Below, piece after piece: positions 63,946 through 64,000 of a stretch of DNA of 64,000 bases (position 1 is the first letter of the stretch; every line of letters begins with the position of its first letter). The stretch is from a virus. Lineage: Duplodnaviria > Caudoviricetes. A model generated the notes under the pieces. It did no database searches. It saw only the letters and a list, made by a program, of their open reading frames with translations, and had not been told where the DNA came from. Location of the stretch: positions 1 to 64,000 of the IMG/VR virus record IMGVR_UViG_3300011717_000032; one strand, written 5' to 3'. The position numbers and the translations under genes are program-made.

Positions 63946-64000
63946 ATGAAGATGATATCTACGCCTTGCTTTCTCCCCTGGCAGAAGGCCGGGTGTATCC
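63942..64000 (+). CDS. Tail terminator, 5' end only (truncated by the window)
   Basis: GTG start MNEDDIYALLSPLAEGRVY, homolog of 22069-22398. Confidence 0.7.
   Translation, partial: MNEDDIYALLSPLAEGRVY

Larger units (their letters stand above)
37305..64000. mobile_element. Prophage module 2 (icd-targeting, phage 21/e14-type integrase); continues past the window
   Basis: icd 3'-int-xis-early-cI-rep-Q-lysis-head gene order. Confidence 0.92.

Overview
The window is entirely prophage DNA from an enterobacterial host (Klebsiella/Enterobacter-like icd fragment). It holds two HK97-head, siphovirus-type lambdoid modules in the same orientation. Module 1 (1 to ~37.3 kb): Arm-domain tyrosine integrase and xis, small early genes, cI/cro, SF2 helicase plus primase, Q, an antisense DUF3800 moron, lysis genes, an Acb2-like gene, HNH, head and tail genes, an antisense glycosyltransferase moron, a LexA-box operon and a tmRNA 3' fragment followed by a GGA-rich RNA. 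Module 2 (37.3 kb to the window end): icd 3' replacement fragment, phage 21/e14-type int-xis, ea/ead-like genes, a ~1.1 kb structured non-coding pL leader, cI, a frameshifted cro, ymfL/ymfM-like genes, O-type replication gene with iterons, MT-A70 methylase, RusA, Rha/Ant, Q, lysis genes, a second Acb2-like gene, a three-domain glycosyltransferase cassette and head genes. The junction looks like an intact icd-type attP, so this may be a cointegrate rather than two independent insertions. Strongest leads: the late-operon glycosyltransferase cassette (possible virion glycosylation), the CsrA-sponge-like RNA behind a tmRNA fragment, DUF3800 with a downstream structured RNA, Acb2-like sponges with a conserved N-terminal extension, and the covarying hairpin array in the pL leader. 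All family assignments are from motif recognition by eye; no database search was run.
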